From Candidatus Krumholzibacteriia bacterium (GTDB lineage: Bacteria; Krumholzibacteriota; Krumholzibacteriia; WVZY01): a stretch of 14,459 nt of DNA. The translations under genes were made by a program, and so were the position numbers. Under the pieces are notes generated by a model. It was not told the origin of the DNA. It worked only from the letters and a program-made list of their open reading frames with translations, and searched no databases. The DNA is taken from assembly GCA_036478295.1 (NCBI GenBank), contig JAZGDW010000315.1, forward strand, positions 1-14,459, written 5' to 3'. Shown piece by piece: positions 7,278 through 14,459 of the stretch (within the stretch, counting starts at the first letter, position 1; every line of letters starts with the position of its first letter).

Positions 7278-7856
7278 TCAGGGAGCAAGAAGCGAGATCG
7301 CCCAGCCGTCCTCGCGTCGTGTGTACAGGTAGCGCTCGTGCAGCCGGTCCTGCTTTCCCACCCAGAACTCGATGCGCTGGGGGACGAGGCGGTACCCCGA
7401 CCAGTGGGGCGGGCGGGGAATCGGCTGATCGCCGTACTTGTCCTCCACCGCCTTGACAGCGGTTATGAGTTCGTCACGGGACGACAGCTCACTGCTCTGG
7501 TCGGATGCCCACGCGCCGATCTGGCTGCCACGGGGACGGGTCGCAAAGTAGTCATCCGCTTCCTCATCACTGACCGCCTCCACCGAACCCTCCACACGTA
7601 CTTGCTGTTCCAGCGCCGGCCACCAAAAGCAGGCCGACGCGAGCGCGTTCTCTTCCATCTGCCGTGCCTTGGGGCTCCGCATGTTCATGTAAAATACGAA
7701 ACCGCTGTCATCCGCGTCCTTGAGAAGCAGCATGCGGACGGTCGGTTGGGATTCCTTGCCGACGGTGGCGAAAGCTGCCGCGTTGGGGAGTACGATTCCG
7801 GCCGCCTCCGCTTGCGACAGTACTTCCTTGAAGCGGGCGATGGGGTCCTTGATCAT
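7278..7856 (-). CDS. pdxH: Pyridoxine/pyridoxamine 5'-phosphate oxidase
   Basis: RMLLLK, QVRVEG, YFATRPRGSQIGAWASDQS, PRPPHWSGYRL and EFWVG..DRLHER motifs; SD AAGGAG upstream. Confidence 0.95.
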   Translation of the reverse strand: MIKDPIARFKEVLSQAEAAGIVLPNAAAFATVGKESQPTVRMLLLKDADDSGFVFYMNMRSPKARQMEENALASACFWWPALEQQVRVEGSVEAVSDEEADDYFATRPRGSQIGAWASDQSSELSSRDELITAVKAVEDKYGDQPIPRPPHWSGYRLVPQRIEFWVGKQDRLHERYLYTRREDGWAISLLAP

Positions 7857-7879
7857 TGATTCTCCTTGCGAGTTGCGGG

Positions 7880-8506
7880 TTATTTGACGAGCTCGAGATA
7901 GTGGAGAGTCCTGCCGGCGAACTCGTACTTCAATTCGTAGTTGGTTTTTGCGCAGGCGGCGAACAACCGGTCGTTCGTCTTCTCGATAACTGCACTCCAG
8001 GCCACGCCGCTCTGTACCACCGCGAGCCGCATTTGCATAAAATAATCGTCGTGATCTGTCGCCAGCTCGATGACGCCCTTGTCCGTCAGGCGCCCGGCGA
8101 GCAGGTTCAAGAAACCACCCGTAATGAGGCGCCTCTTACGGTGGCGGCGTTTCGGCCAGGGATCCGGGAAATAGATGTGAAAGATAGATACACTGTCGTC
8201 GGGAATCCCGCAGGTCACGAGTTCGCGGGCATCCGTCCTGATAAACTTCAGGGTGGCCAGGCCCCGCTTGTTCGAGCGTTCCACCCCGCGCTTCATCCAT
8301 TTCCACGACACGTCGATCCCCAGAAAATTGATCTCCGGGTGTTCGAGCGCCCGCGCGATGAGGAACTTGCCCTTGCCGCAACCGATTTCGATTTCCACCG
8401 GGCAGTCGTTACCGAAAGTGTCGCGGAAAGCGGGGAAATCCCTTGGGTGATGCCGCAAGAGCGAGTCTGTCAGGGGCCGCGGTTCAGCCGCGGTCGATAG
8501 TTCCAT
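7880..8506 (-). CDS. trmB: tRNA (guanine46-N7)-methyltransferase
   Basis: EIGCGKG SAM motif, FPDPWPKRRHRKRRL, ATDHDDY, TNYELK. Confidence 0.93.
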   Translation of the reverse strand: MELSTAAEPRPLTDSLLRHHPRDFPAFRDTFGNDCPVEIEIGCGKGKFLIARALEHPEINFLGIDVSWKWMKRGVERSNKRGLATLKFIRTDARELVTCGIPDDSVSIFHIYFPDPWPKRRHRKRRLITGGFLNLLAGRLTDKGVIELATDHDDYFMQMRLAVVQSGVAWSAVIEKTNDRLFAACAKTNYELKYEFAGRTLHYLELVK

Positions 8507-8627
8507 CGGGACCTTCCTGTCGGTTTGAGATTCCGCCGCGGGTATTTCCCAGAGCCACGATTATGCCACAAAGGCACTCGCTAAACAACATGAGACGGCG
8601 GTACGCGAATCGCACGGGCGTGGCGAC

Positions 8628-10685
8628 CTAGGAGGGCAGGAGCTCCTTGATGAAATTGTGAACGTCCACGGGGTTCTGAACCTGATCCTTCGTGCCCCGA
8701 AACCGCCGCGGGTATATGATAAACGGCTCGGTCTGCTGCCCGCCCAGGCCACCGTGCGTACCCCGTTGGTTCTCGAAACTGACCACCGTGCGGTCGGGCA
8801 GAATGGTCCCGTTCAGAATGAGGTCGCCAGCGCTCGGGTAGCTGCTCATCTGCACCAGCGCGTCGACCAGCTGCTGCGGGTCGTGACCGCTCGTGTAGGG
8901 CGCGAGCGGGTCCTCGCCGTCGATCTCGCCCGAACGCAGTTTTCGCATACCCCCTTTGCCCATCATCAGCAGTTCACCCTCGCTGTTGGTGGCGATGAGA
9001 AAACCGATCCCCGGATGCGAGACGAGATATTCGATCAGCGTCGCGTACTTTTCCATCAGGTAGTCCACCCGCAGCCGCTCCGGGACCTCGGTAAAGTACA
9101 CGTGCGCCAGGTTCCCGCTGGGGCACACGACAACCCCCCCGGCCGCTTTTTCCTCGGTAACCTCCTCCTTTATCCGCGCATGCAGCCTCTCCAGTGTCCG
9201 GCGCCCCCGCCGGATGGGGATGGTTCCGTAGGCGTCTTCGACCATGCGCATCTCCCGCAGCAGTGTGTCGAAGTAGGCGAGCTCTCCGGTGCGCGGAAGG
9301 TGCCGCACCTGCCCGTGCTCGAGCTTGTCCTGGATGACCTTCTCCAGCGACTTGCCGTAGAGTCCCGAGAAGGAGACACACCGGGTTTGGCCGTGATCGG
9401 AGAGAATAATCATGTCGAAATGTTTTCTCGCCTTCTTGCGAATTGTACGGCTTATGTGCTTGAAGCGGCGGTCGATACCGGTCAGGGTGCTCAGCGCGTT
9501 GCGCGAGTCGGGCCCGGCGTAATGCGCAACCATGTCGTAACCGATGAAATTCGCAAAGATGATTGGTATACCGCGGACGATATCCTCACGGACAAAGAAG
9601 GAAGTCATCTCGCGGAAACACGCGTTACCGATGGCCCGGTGGAGCGAAAATATCACGCTGCGAACCAGCCGGGGCTTCTTGCTCTTCATGAACTCGATGC
9701 CCGCTTCAAAACGGTCGACGAGGAAATCCCACAGCATGAAAAGAATGGTCCGCGTATAGAGGTAGGGATGGAGCGAAAAGATGGCGAAGTCCTCGAGCTC
9801 ACCCCGGTGGTGCTTGATATCCTTGTTGCTGAGGGCGCTCGCGGTGAGGATCTTCTTGTTCGCGTTGCCGTGCACCAGCGTGCTGATGCAGGTACCGCTT
9901 TCCAAAATCGACTGGCGCTCGGACCCCATGCGCTCGTCGATCGCCCTCAGGTCGGACGCGCTGGACGATACGATCATTTTCCCCTCTCTCTTGTTGTACC
10001 AGCGAAAGCCCGGCACGTCGTAGCTGCTCCCGTAGAAAATGCCCGTTTGCACGGCGGAGGTCTGGGACGGCAGCCCGGAAAACCACTTACGGATCACGTG
10101 CCGCCGTCGCTTGAGCAGCGAGTTGAGAAAGGGCATCTTGCCCCGTTTGATTGCGCGCTTGAAGCTGCCGTAGGCGAGGCCGTCGATTTGCAGAATGAGA
10201 AGGCCTCGGTTGTGGAGGTCCACCTCGCGTGGGCGGGTCAGGGTGCTGAACTTGTTCATGAGGGTCGAATAGAACGAGTAGTCGTCTCCGAGCTTGATGA
10301 GGTTGCCGAGCAGGGTGTTGACCAGGGTGAGGACGAGCAGCCCCACGACGGCCCCGCCGAAGCTCTCGATGACGAACGTGTCCACCACCACGGGAATGAA
10401 ATAGAACAGGGCGGCATTGAGCGCCAGTGTGGCGAGCCCGAGGGTGACAAACGTGATGGGGAGGAGCAGGATAATCAACACCGGCCGTACGAGGGCGTTA
10501 AGCAGGCCGAGGAGGAGCGCGACGGTAAAGGGATGTAGGTACCAGAAGCGGTCCTCACGCAGAAAGTAAATGCCGGGCAGGAGAAAGGCAGTGACAGCGA
10601 TCGAAACCGCATCGGCCACCCACACCACGGTGTAGCGCAGGACCAGGTCGCGGATCACGCGAAATCTGAAACTTAAGCGTTGCAT
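8628..10685 (-). CDS. Membrane protein: N-terminal 4-TM holin-like (YvlD/phage holin 4 family) domain fused to an alkaline phosphatase/nucleotide pyrophosphatase-phosphodiesterase domain
   Basis: The N-terminal ~130 aa are hydrophobic, with LLNALVRPVLIILLLPITFVTLGL. AP-superfamily motifs follow: LQIDGL, PSQTS (Thr nucleophile), YDMVAH, LSDHGQ, HGGLGG. Confidence 0.85.
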   Translation of the reverse strand: MQRLSFRFRVIRDLVLRYTVVWVADAVSIAVTAFLLPGIYFLREDRFWYLHPFTVALLLGLLNALVRPVLIILLLPITFVTLGLATLALNAALFYFIPVVVDTFVIESFGGAVVGLLVLTLVNTLLGNLIKLGDDYSFYSTLMNKFSTLTRPREVDLHNRGLLILQIDGLAYGSFKRAIKRGKMPFLNSLLKRRRHVIRKWFSGLPSQTSAVQTGIFYGSSYDVPGFRWYNKREGKMIVSSSASDLRAIDERMGSERQSILESGTCISTLVHGNANKKILTASALSNKDIKHHRGELEDFAIFSLHPYLYTRTILFMLWDFLVDRFEAGIEFMKSKKPRLVRSVIFSLHRAIGNACFREMTSFFVREDIVRGIPIIFANFIGYDMVAHYAGPDSRNALSTLTGIDRRFKHISRTIRKKARKHFDMIILSDHGQTRCVSFSGLYGKSLEKVIQDKLEHGQVRHLPRTGELAYFDTLLREMRMVEDAYGTIPIRRGRRTLERLHARIKEEVTEEKAAGGVVVCPSGNLAHVYFTEVPERLRVDYLMEKYATLIEYLVSHPGIGFLIATNSEGELLMMGKGGMRKLRSGEIDGEDPLAPYTSGHDPQQLVDALVQMSSYPSAGDLILNGTILPDRTVVSFENQRGTHGGLGGQQTEPFIIYPRRFRGTKDQVQNPVDVHNFIKELLPS

Positions 10686-10895
10686 TCTTGCTAGGGTTTG
10701 TGCATCTTACCGTCAGTTTCGTTCTATCGCGCCCAGTCAGCAGGCCTTAATCATTGAGAAATAGTAGGTTCCACCCGGGCCTGAAAATTGCTTTCCAAAC
10801 CCTCTGCGTTAAGTTAGCTTCTCTCGGAATGCCCAGCATCTCATACCCGAGTAGGCAAGTCGAGCGGGTTAGTCTCACACCAACAGGAGAGAGAA

Positions 10896-11759
10896 TTGCA
10901 TCCTCAGCACCACACTACCAATGGACACGCCCACATAACATTCGTCGGTCATGCCACCACCATCGTGGAAATGTCGGGTACCAGGATACTAACCGACCCC
11001 GTCTTTCGCCCTAAGTTCCGCTTTTTGAAGCGTCAATCCGACCTGTCGCCCGGATCCATCGATCTGCGAGAGATAGACGCCGTGGTGCTGTCACACATGC
11101 ACTTCGACCACATGGATTACGCCTCGCTCCGCATGGTCCCGGGGGACGTTCCCATCATCGCCCCGGCAGGCGCGAGCAGATACCTGCGCAGAAACGTCCC
11201 GCACGAGGTCGTGGAGATGAAAGTGGGTGACGTCATGAAAATCGGTGATGTGAAGATCCACGCCACGCCGTCCCAGCACGAATCGGGCCTGTACTGGCCG
11301 TTCTGGTACCCGAAGACGGTCCTGAGCTACATGTTCGTGGGTGACCAGACCGTCTTCTTCATCGGCGACACGGCCCTTTTTGATGACATGCGCGAGTTGG
11401 GTCAGACGTTCGATATCGACGCGGCGATGATCCCCATTTGGGGTTGCGGCCCCTACCTGCGCGGCGACCACATGGACCCCGCCCAGGCAGCGGATGCGCT
11501 CGGCATGTTGACACCCCGGGTAGCGGTTCCCATCCACTGGGGAACCCTCCATCCGGTCGGACCCTGGTGGCGCAAGGCCGGTTTCCTGCGGCGGCCGCCC
11601 CGCGCCTTCGAGCTGGAAGCTTCGCGAAGGGCCCCGCTGACGGACGTCCGCGTCCTGATGCCCGGAGAGAGCACCATCGTTGCCCCGGAGCCGATACCGT
11701 TCGTCGAGCCGGCGGCCGCGAGCGTGCCCGCCCTGGAGATAAAACCCGCCCTCGTCTAG
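10896..11759 (+). CDS. MBL-fold metallo-hydrolase (UlaG/NAPE-PLD-like subgroup)
   Basis: GHAT, LTDPVF, SHMHFDH (HxHxDH), FIGDT, PIHWGT; TTG start with AGGAGAG upstream. Confidence 0.9.
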   Translation: MHPQHHTTNGHAHITFVGHATTIVEMSGTRILTDPVFRPKFRFLKRQSDLSPGSIDLREIDAVVLSHMHFDHMDYASLRMVPGDVPIIAPAGASRYLRRNVPHEVVEMKVGDVMKIGDVKIHATPSQHESGLYWPFWYPKTVLSYMFVGDQTVFFIGDTALFDDMRELGQTFDIDAAMIPIWGCGPYLRGDHMDPAQAADALGMLTPRVAVPIHWGTLHPVGPWWRKAGFLRRPPRAFELEASRRAPLTDVRVLMPGESTIVAPEPIPFVEPAAASVPALEIKPALV

Positions 11760-11876
11760 CCATTTCTCTACACACCTGGTAAGGCCGGCTTGGAGACCGA
11801 GAGTGCAGCACCCGCGCTGTCGATTCCAGTCCCCCCAGGAGCAAACCGCGACAAGGTCGTTGTAGCGCAATTTCTG

Positions 11877-11906
11877 TTGAAAAGCCCGGGACCGATTACG
11901 TATGCT
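11877..11906 (+). promoter_or_regulatory. Candidate sigma70 promoter for the metal-uptake operon
   Basis: TTGAAA-N18-TATGCT. The ATG at 11902 falls inside the -10 box, favouring a later start. Confidence 0.45.
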
Positions 11907-11922
11907 GTCACCAGGTATGCCG

Positions 11923-12330
11923 ATGAGACGACGATCCCTGCGAAACCTGGGTGTTGTGCTATGCCTGCTCTACACAGGCCAGGCGACGGCACTTCCCGTC
12001 CTCCATATTGTCAGTCATTCGGCGGCTGAAGCCGCCGAGACCGCCTGCGAAGATCGTGACGCCGCGCGGCGGCGCGGCCCGGCTTTTGAAAGCGCCTGTG
12101 CCGGGGCGTGCTCGGCGCCGGAGCACCATCATCATTCCCATCGACAACACCACGATCCGACCACCTGCCCCGTATGTGCGAGCAACCAGGCACCGGGCAT
12201 CTGCAAGACCGCTCACCTGTCCGCTGTTCCGTCGGACGGGCCCCCGCTGGCGGCGGGGGCGTGGGAAATCGCCCCCCAGGCGACCCACAGCGACGCCACC
12301 TCTCCTCGAGCTCCACCCAACCTTCTGTAG
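11923..12330 (+). CDS. DUF2946-like His/CxxC-rich leader protein with C-terminal RAPP arrest motif
   Basis: N-terminal basic/hydrophobic segment, HHHHSHRQHHD, CPVC and a Pro/Ala linker, ending SPRAPPNLL. The start is uncertain (11902, 11917 or 11923); AGGT lies 6 nt before 11923. Confidence 0.8.
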   Translation: MRRRSLRNLGVVLCLLYTGQATALPVLHIVSHSAAEAAETACEDRDAARRRGPAFESACAGACSAPEHHHHSHRQHHDPTTCPVCASNQAPGICKTAHLSAVPSDGPPLAAGAWEIAPQATHSDATSPRAPPNLL

Positions 12331-12400
12331 ACGCCGTTGTTCCGGGAACTTGCCCGGATACACACGTGACCAGCTGTTGGTCATCCGTTTATAGAAGGAG
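12321..12400 (+). promoter_or_regulatory. Predicted SD-sequestering RNA structure (translational attenuator)
   Basis: CCTTCTGTAGACG (12321-12333) pairs with CGTTTATAGAAGG (12386-12398): 13 bp with 2 G-U pairs, overlapping SD AAGGAG (12395-12400). Inner hairpins at 12341-12358 and 12367-12383. Confidence 0.65.
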
Positions 12401-12408
12401 ATCCATTC

Positions 12409-13686
12409 ATGCCCAAACCAATCCAGGCTGCAGGAATTCTGCTTGTCACCTGCCAGTTTCTTTTTCAGCCCGCATCCGCGCAGGAAAAGCGCCCGACGGC
12501 TTCGAGCGTCGAAGTGCTGGCAAAGAAGGTCGCGGAGCTGGAAGTGAAACACAAAGAGCAGATCGAAGAACTCGAGCGGCTGATCGACGCCCTCGAGCAA
12601 CAGGTCACCCGGAGTTCACGGCAGGCCGCCACTGCGAAAACACAGAGCCTGAATGTCTTCAACCCGCGGGTCACTGTTTTCGGTAACTTCCTCGGACGGG
12701 TGGACAGCGATCCGGTCTTGACCGAAGAAGGTGACCCGATAGACGACCGCTTCAATCTGCGCGAAGTCGAGGTTGATTTCCGCGCCGCAGTCGACCCGTG
12801 GGCGGACGCGGTCGTGATTACGACCTGGGAATCGGAGGTCCCCAACCAGTTCTCAACCGAGATAGAAGAAGGGTACGTCACACTGAAAAAGCTGCCGCTG
12901 CTCGACGCGGCACCGTGGGGACTCAAACTCAAGGCCGGGCGCTACCGGCCCGAGTTCGGGCGCTTCAACAAGATTCACACGCACGATCTGCCTCAGACGA
13001 CCCGGCCCCGGTCGCTGCAGACCTTTCTGGGAGAGGAGGGCTTCATCCAGAACGGTCTCTCGGCGCAGTTCTTCCTTCCCACGCCCGGCGAGGCGAGCAC
13101 GCTGGAGGCCACCGTCGACGTTCTCAATGGAGGCAACCTGCCCGTTGCCGGGGAGAACATCGGTTCAGACCCCGCGGTGCTGGGACACCTCAAGTGGTTC
13201 TGGGACGTGGCGGCCGGACATGACGTGGAAATCGGCGCCTCTTACTACCAGAGCAAGTTCGATGCAGCGGGCGATCTCGACACCAAACTCTACGGTGTCG
13301 ACCTCTCGTATAGATGGAAACCGTTCGGCGGGGGTGAATGGAGGTCGTTTCTCGTGGGTGGGGAACTGCTCGGCGCCGATATCGACGGGGCCGGCGGCAT
13401 TGTAACGCCGCTGGGGTTCTACGGCTGGTCGCAGTACCAGTTCAATCGCAGGTTATACCTCGGTGTCCGCTACGACTTCGCGCAGGACCTTGCGGACACG
13501 AACCTGGAGAACCGCACGGGGGGCGCCTTCTTGAGTTATTACACGACCGAGTTCCTTCGCTTTCGCCTGGGGTACGAGCATACGAAGAGCGATATTCCCG
13601 AGCTGGACGACCTGAACACCGGCTATCTGGAAATCAACTTTGTCTTCGGATCACATCCGGTCGAACCCTACTGGGTCAGCCGCTAG
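12409..13686 (+). CDS. Outer-membrane beta-barrel (porin-like) protein with N-terminal coiled coil, associated with a metal ABC uptake operon
   Basis: Signal peptide ending ASA-Q, coiled coil (LAKKVAELEVKHKEQIEELERLIDALEQQV), amphipathic aromatic beta-strands, FGRFNKIHTHD, and C-terminal FVFGSHP; directly upstream of a ZnuA-like gene. Confidence 0.75.
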   Translation: MPKPIQAAGILLVTCQFLFQPASAQEKRPTASSVEVLAKKVAELEVKHKEQIEELERLIDALEQQVTRSSRQAATAKTQSLNVFNPRVTVFGNFLGRVDSDPVLTEEGDPIDDRFNLREVEVDFRAAVDPWADAVVITTWESEVPNQFSTEIEEGYVTLKKLPLLDAAPWGLKLKAGRYRPEFGRFNKIHTHDLPQTTRPRSLQTFLGEEGFIQNGLSAQFFLPTPGEASTLEATVDVLNGGNLPVAGENIGSDPAVLGHLKWFWDVAAGHDVEIGASYYQSKFDAAGDLDTKLYGVDLSYRWKPFGGGEWRSFLVGGELLGADIDGAGGIVTPLGFYGWSQYQFNRRLYLGVRYDFAQDLADTNLENRTGGAFLSYYTTEFLRFRLGYEHTKSDIPELDDLNTGYLEINFVFGSHPVEPYWVSR

Positions 13687-13703
13687 ATCAGGAAGGAGTA
13701 GTG

Positions 13704-14459
13704 ATGAGAGATTACAGCGCAATCGGATTCATATCGAGCCTGCTGGTCGTCACAGGTCTCCTGGGCGCGCCCGCGGCCGGCGAGCGGGACAAGCTGAACG
13801 TGGTGACCACCCTCTCGGTCCTCGAGTATATCGCGGGGGAAGTCGGAGGGACCCGCACCAGCGCGCAGAGCCTCAGCGACCCGCGTCAGGATCCGCATTT
13901 CGTCCAGCCCCGTCCGACCCTGATGAAGAAGACGCGGCAGGCCGACGTGTTTGTCGAAGTGGGACTGCAACTGGAACTGTGGGCGCAGAAGGTCATCGAC
14001 GGCGCGGGCAACCCCCGGATCCAGGCGGGCCAGCCGGGCCGGGTCGTGGCGTCGAACGGCATTTCCACGTTGGAGCTGCCCGGGATTTTGTCGCGAGAGT
14101 GGGGAGACGTCCACCCCTACGGCAACCCGCATGTCTGGCTCGATCCGGTGAACGTCAAGCGGATGGGCGCGAACATCGCCGATGCCTTCACGAGCGTCGA
14201 TCCGGAGCACGCCGACCACTACGCGGGAAAACTCGCCACGTTCAACGCCCGGGTGGACAGTGCGCTTTTCGGCGCGGAGCTGGTGGCGAACGTCGGCGCG
14301 GCGAAGCTGACGCGGCTCGCCCAGCGGGGAAGACTTTTCGAATACCTGGCGGACAAAGGGCTCGCTGGAGAACTGGGGGGATGGCTGAAGAAGGCCGAAC
14401 CCCTCCGCGGCCAGAAGATAGTGACCTACCACAAGACCTGGGTTTATTTTGCCCGGCGT
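13704..14459 (+). CDS. Metal (Zn/Mn) ABC transporter substrate-binding protein, ZnuA/TroA family; 3' end runs off the window
   Basis: Absent from the ORF track. Manual translation: MRDYSAIGFISSLLVVTGLLGAPAAG-ERDKLNVVTT...QDPHFVQPRP...ADVFVEVGLQLE...GDVHPYGNPHVWLDP...IVTYHKTWVYF, with three conserved His ligands. SD AAGGAG at 13693-13698. Confidence 0.92.
   Translation, partial: MRDYSAIGFISSLLVVTGLLGAPAAGERDKLNVVTTLSVLEYIAGEVGGTRTSAQSLSDPRQDPHFVQPRPTLMKKTRQADVFVEVGLQLELWAQKVIDGAGNPRIQAGQPGRVVASNGISTLELPGILSREWGDVHPYGNPHVWLDPVNVKRMGANIADAFTSVDPEHADHYAGKLATFNARVDSALFGAELVANVGAAKLTRLAQRGRLFEYLADKGLAGELGGWLKKAEPLRGQKIVTYHKTWVYFARR

Noticed and set aside
10290..10685. Holin-like domain as evidence for a prophage
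   Set aside because: It is fused to a phosphoesterase domain among housekeeping genes, with no phage genes in the window.

Overview
High-GC bacterial chromosomal window. A C-terminal TWGxxKxLY motif hints at a Latescibacterota/Krumholzibacteria/Eisenbacteria-like diderm (inference). Left to right it holds: a partial minus-strand Ig-like/beta-propeller lipoprotein; a 1.3 kb apparently intergenic region; a GAF-AAA+-HTH sigma54 activator; acs; a Cys-rich secreted protein; pdxH; trmB; a holin-like/alkaline-phosphatase-superfamily fusion; an MBL-fold hydrolase; and a metal-uptake operon. The 1.3 kb region actually contains two diverged tandem copies of one module: paired 18-bp TGTCAA-N6-TTGACA palindromes, a sigma54 -24/-12 promoter, a 26-29 aa hydrophobic peptide containing GKSVW, and an intrinsic terminator. 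The metal-uptake operon (outer-membrane barrel plus ZnuA-like binding protein) is led by a His/CxxC-rich RAPP-motif ORF whose 3' end can pair with the next gene's Shine-Dalgarno. Three copies of a structured REP-like repeat follow stop codons. The most notable candidate system is the sigma54-controlled GKSVW micropeptide pair beside its putative activator.
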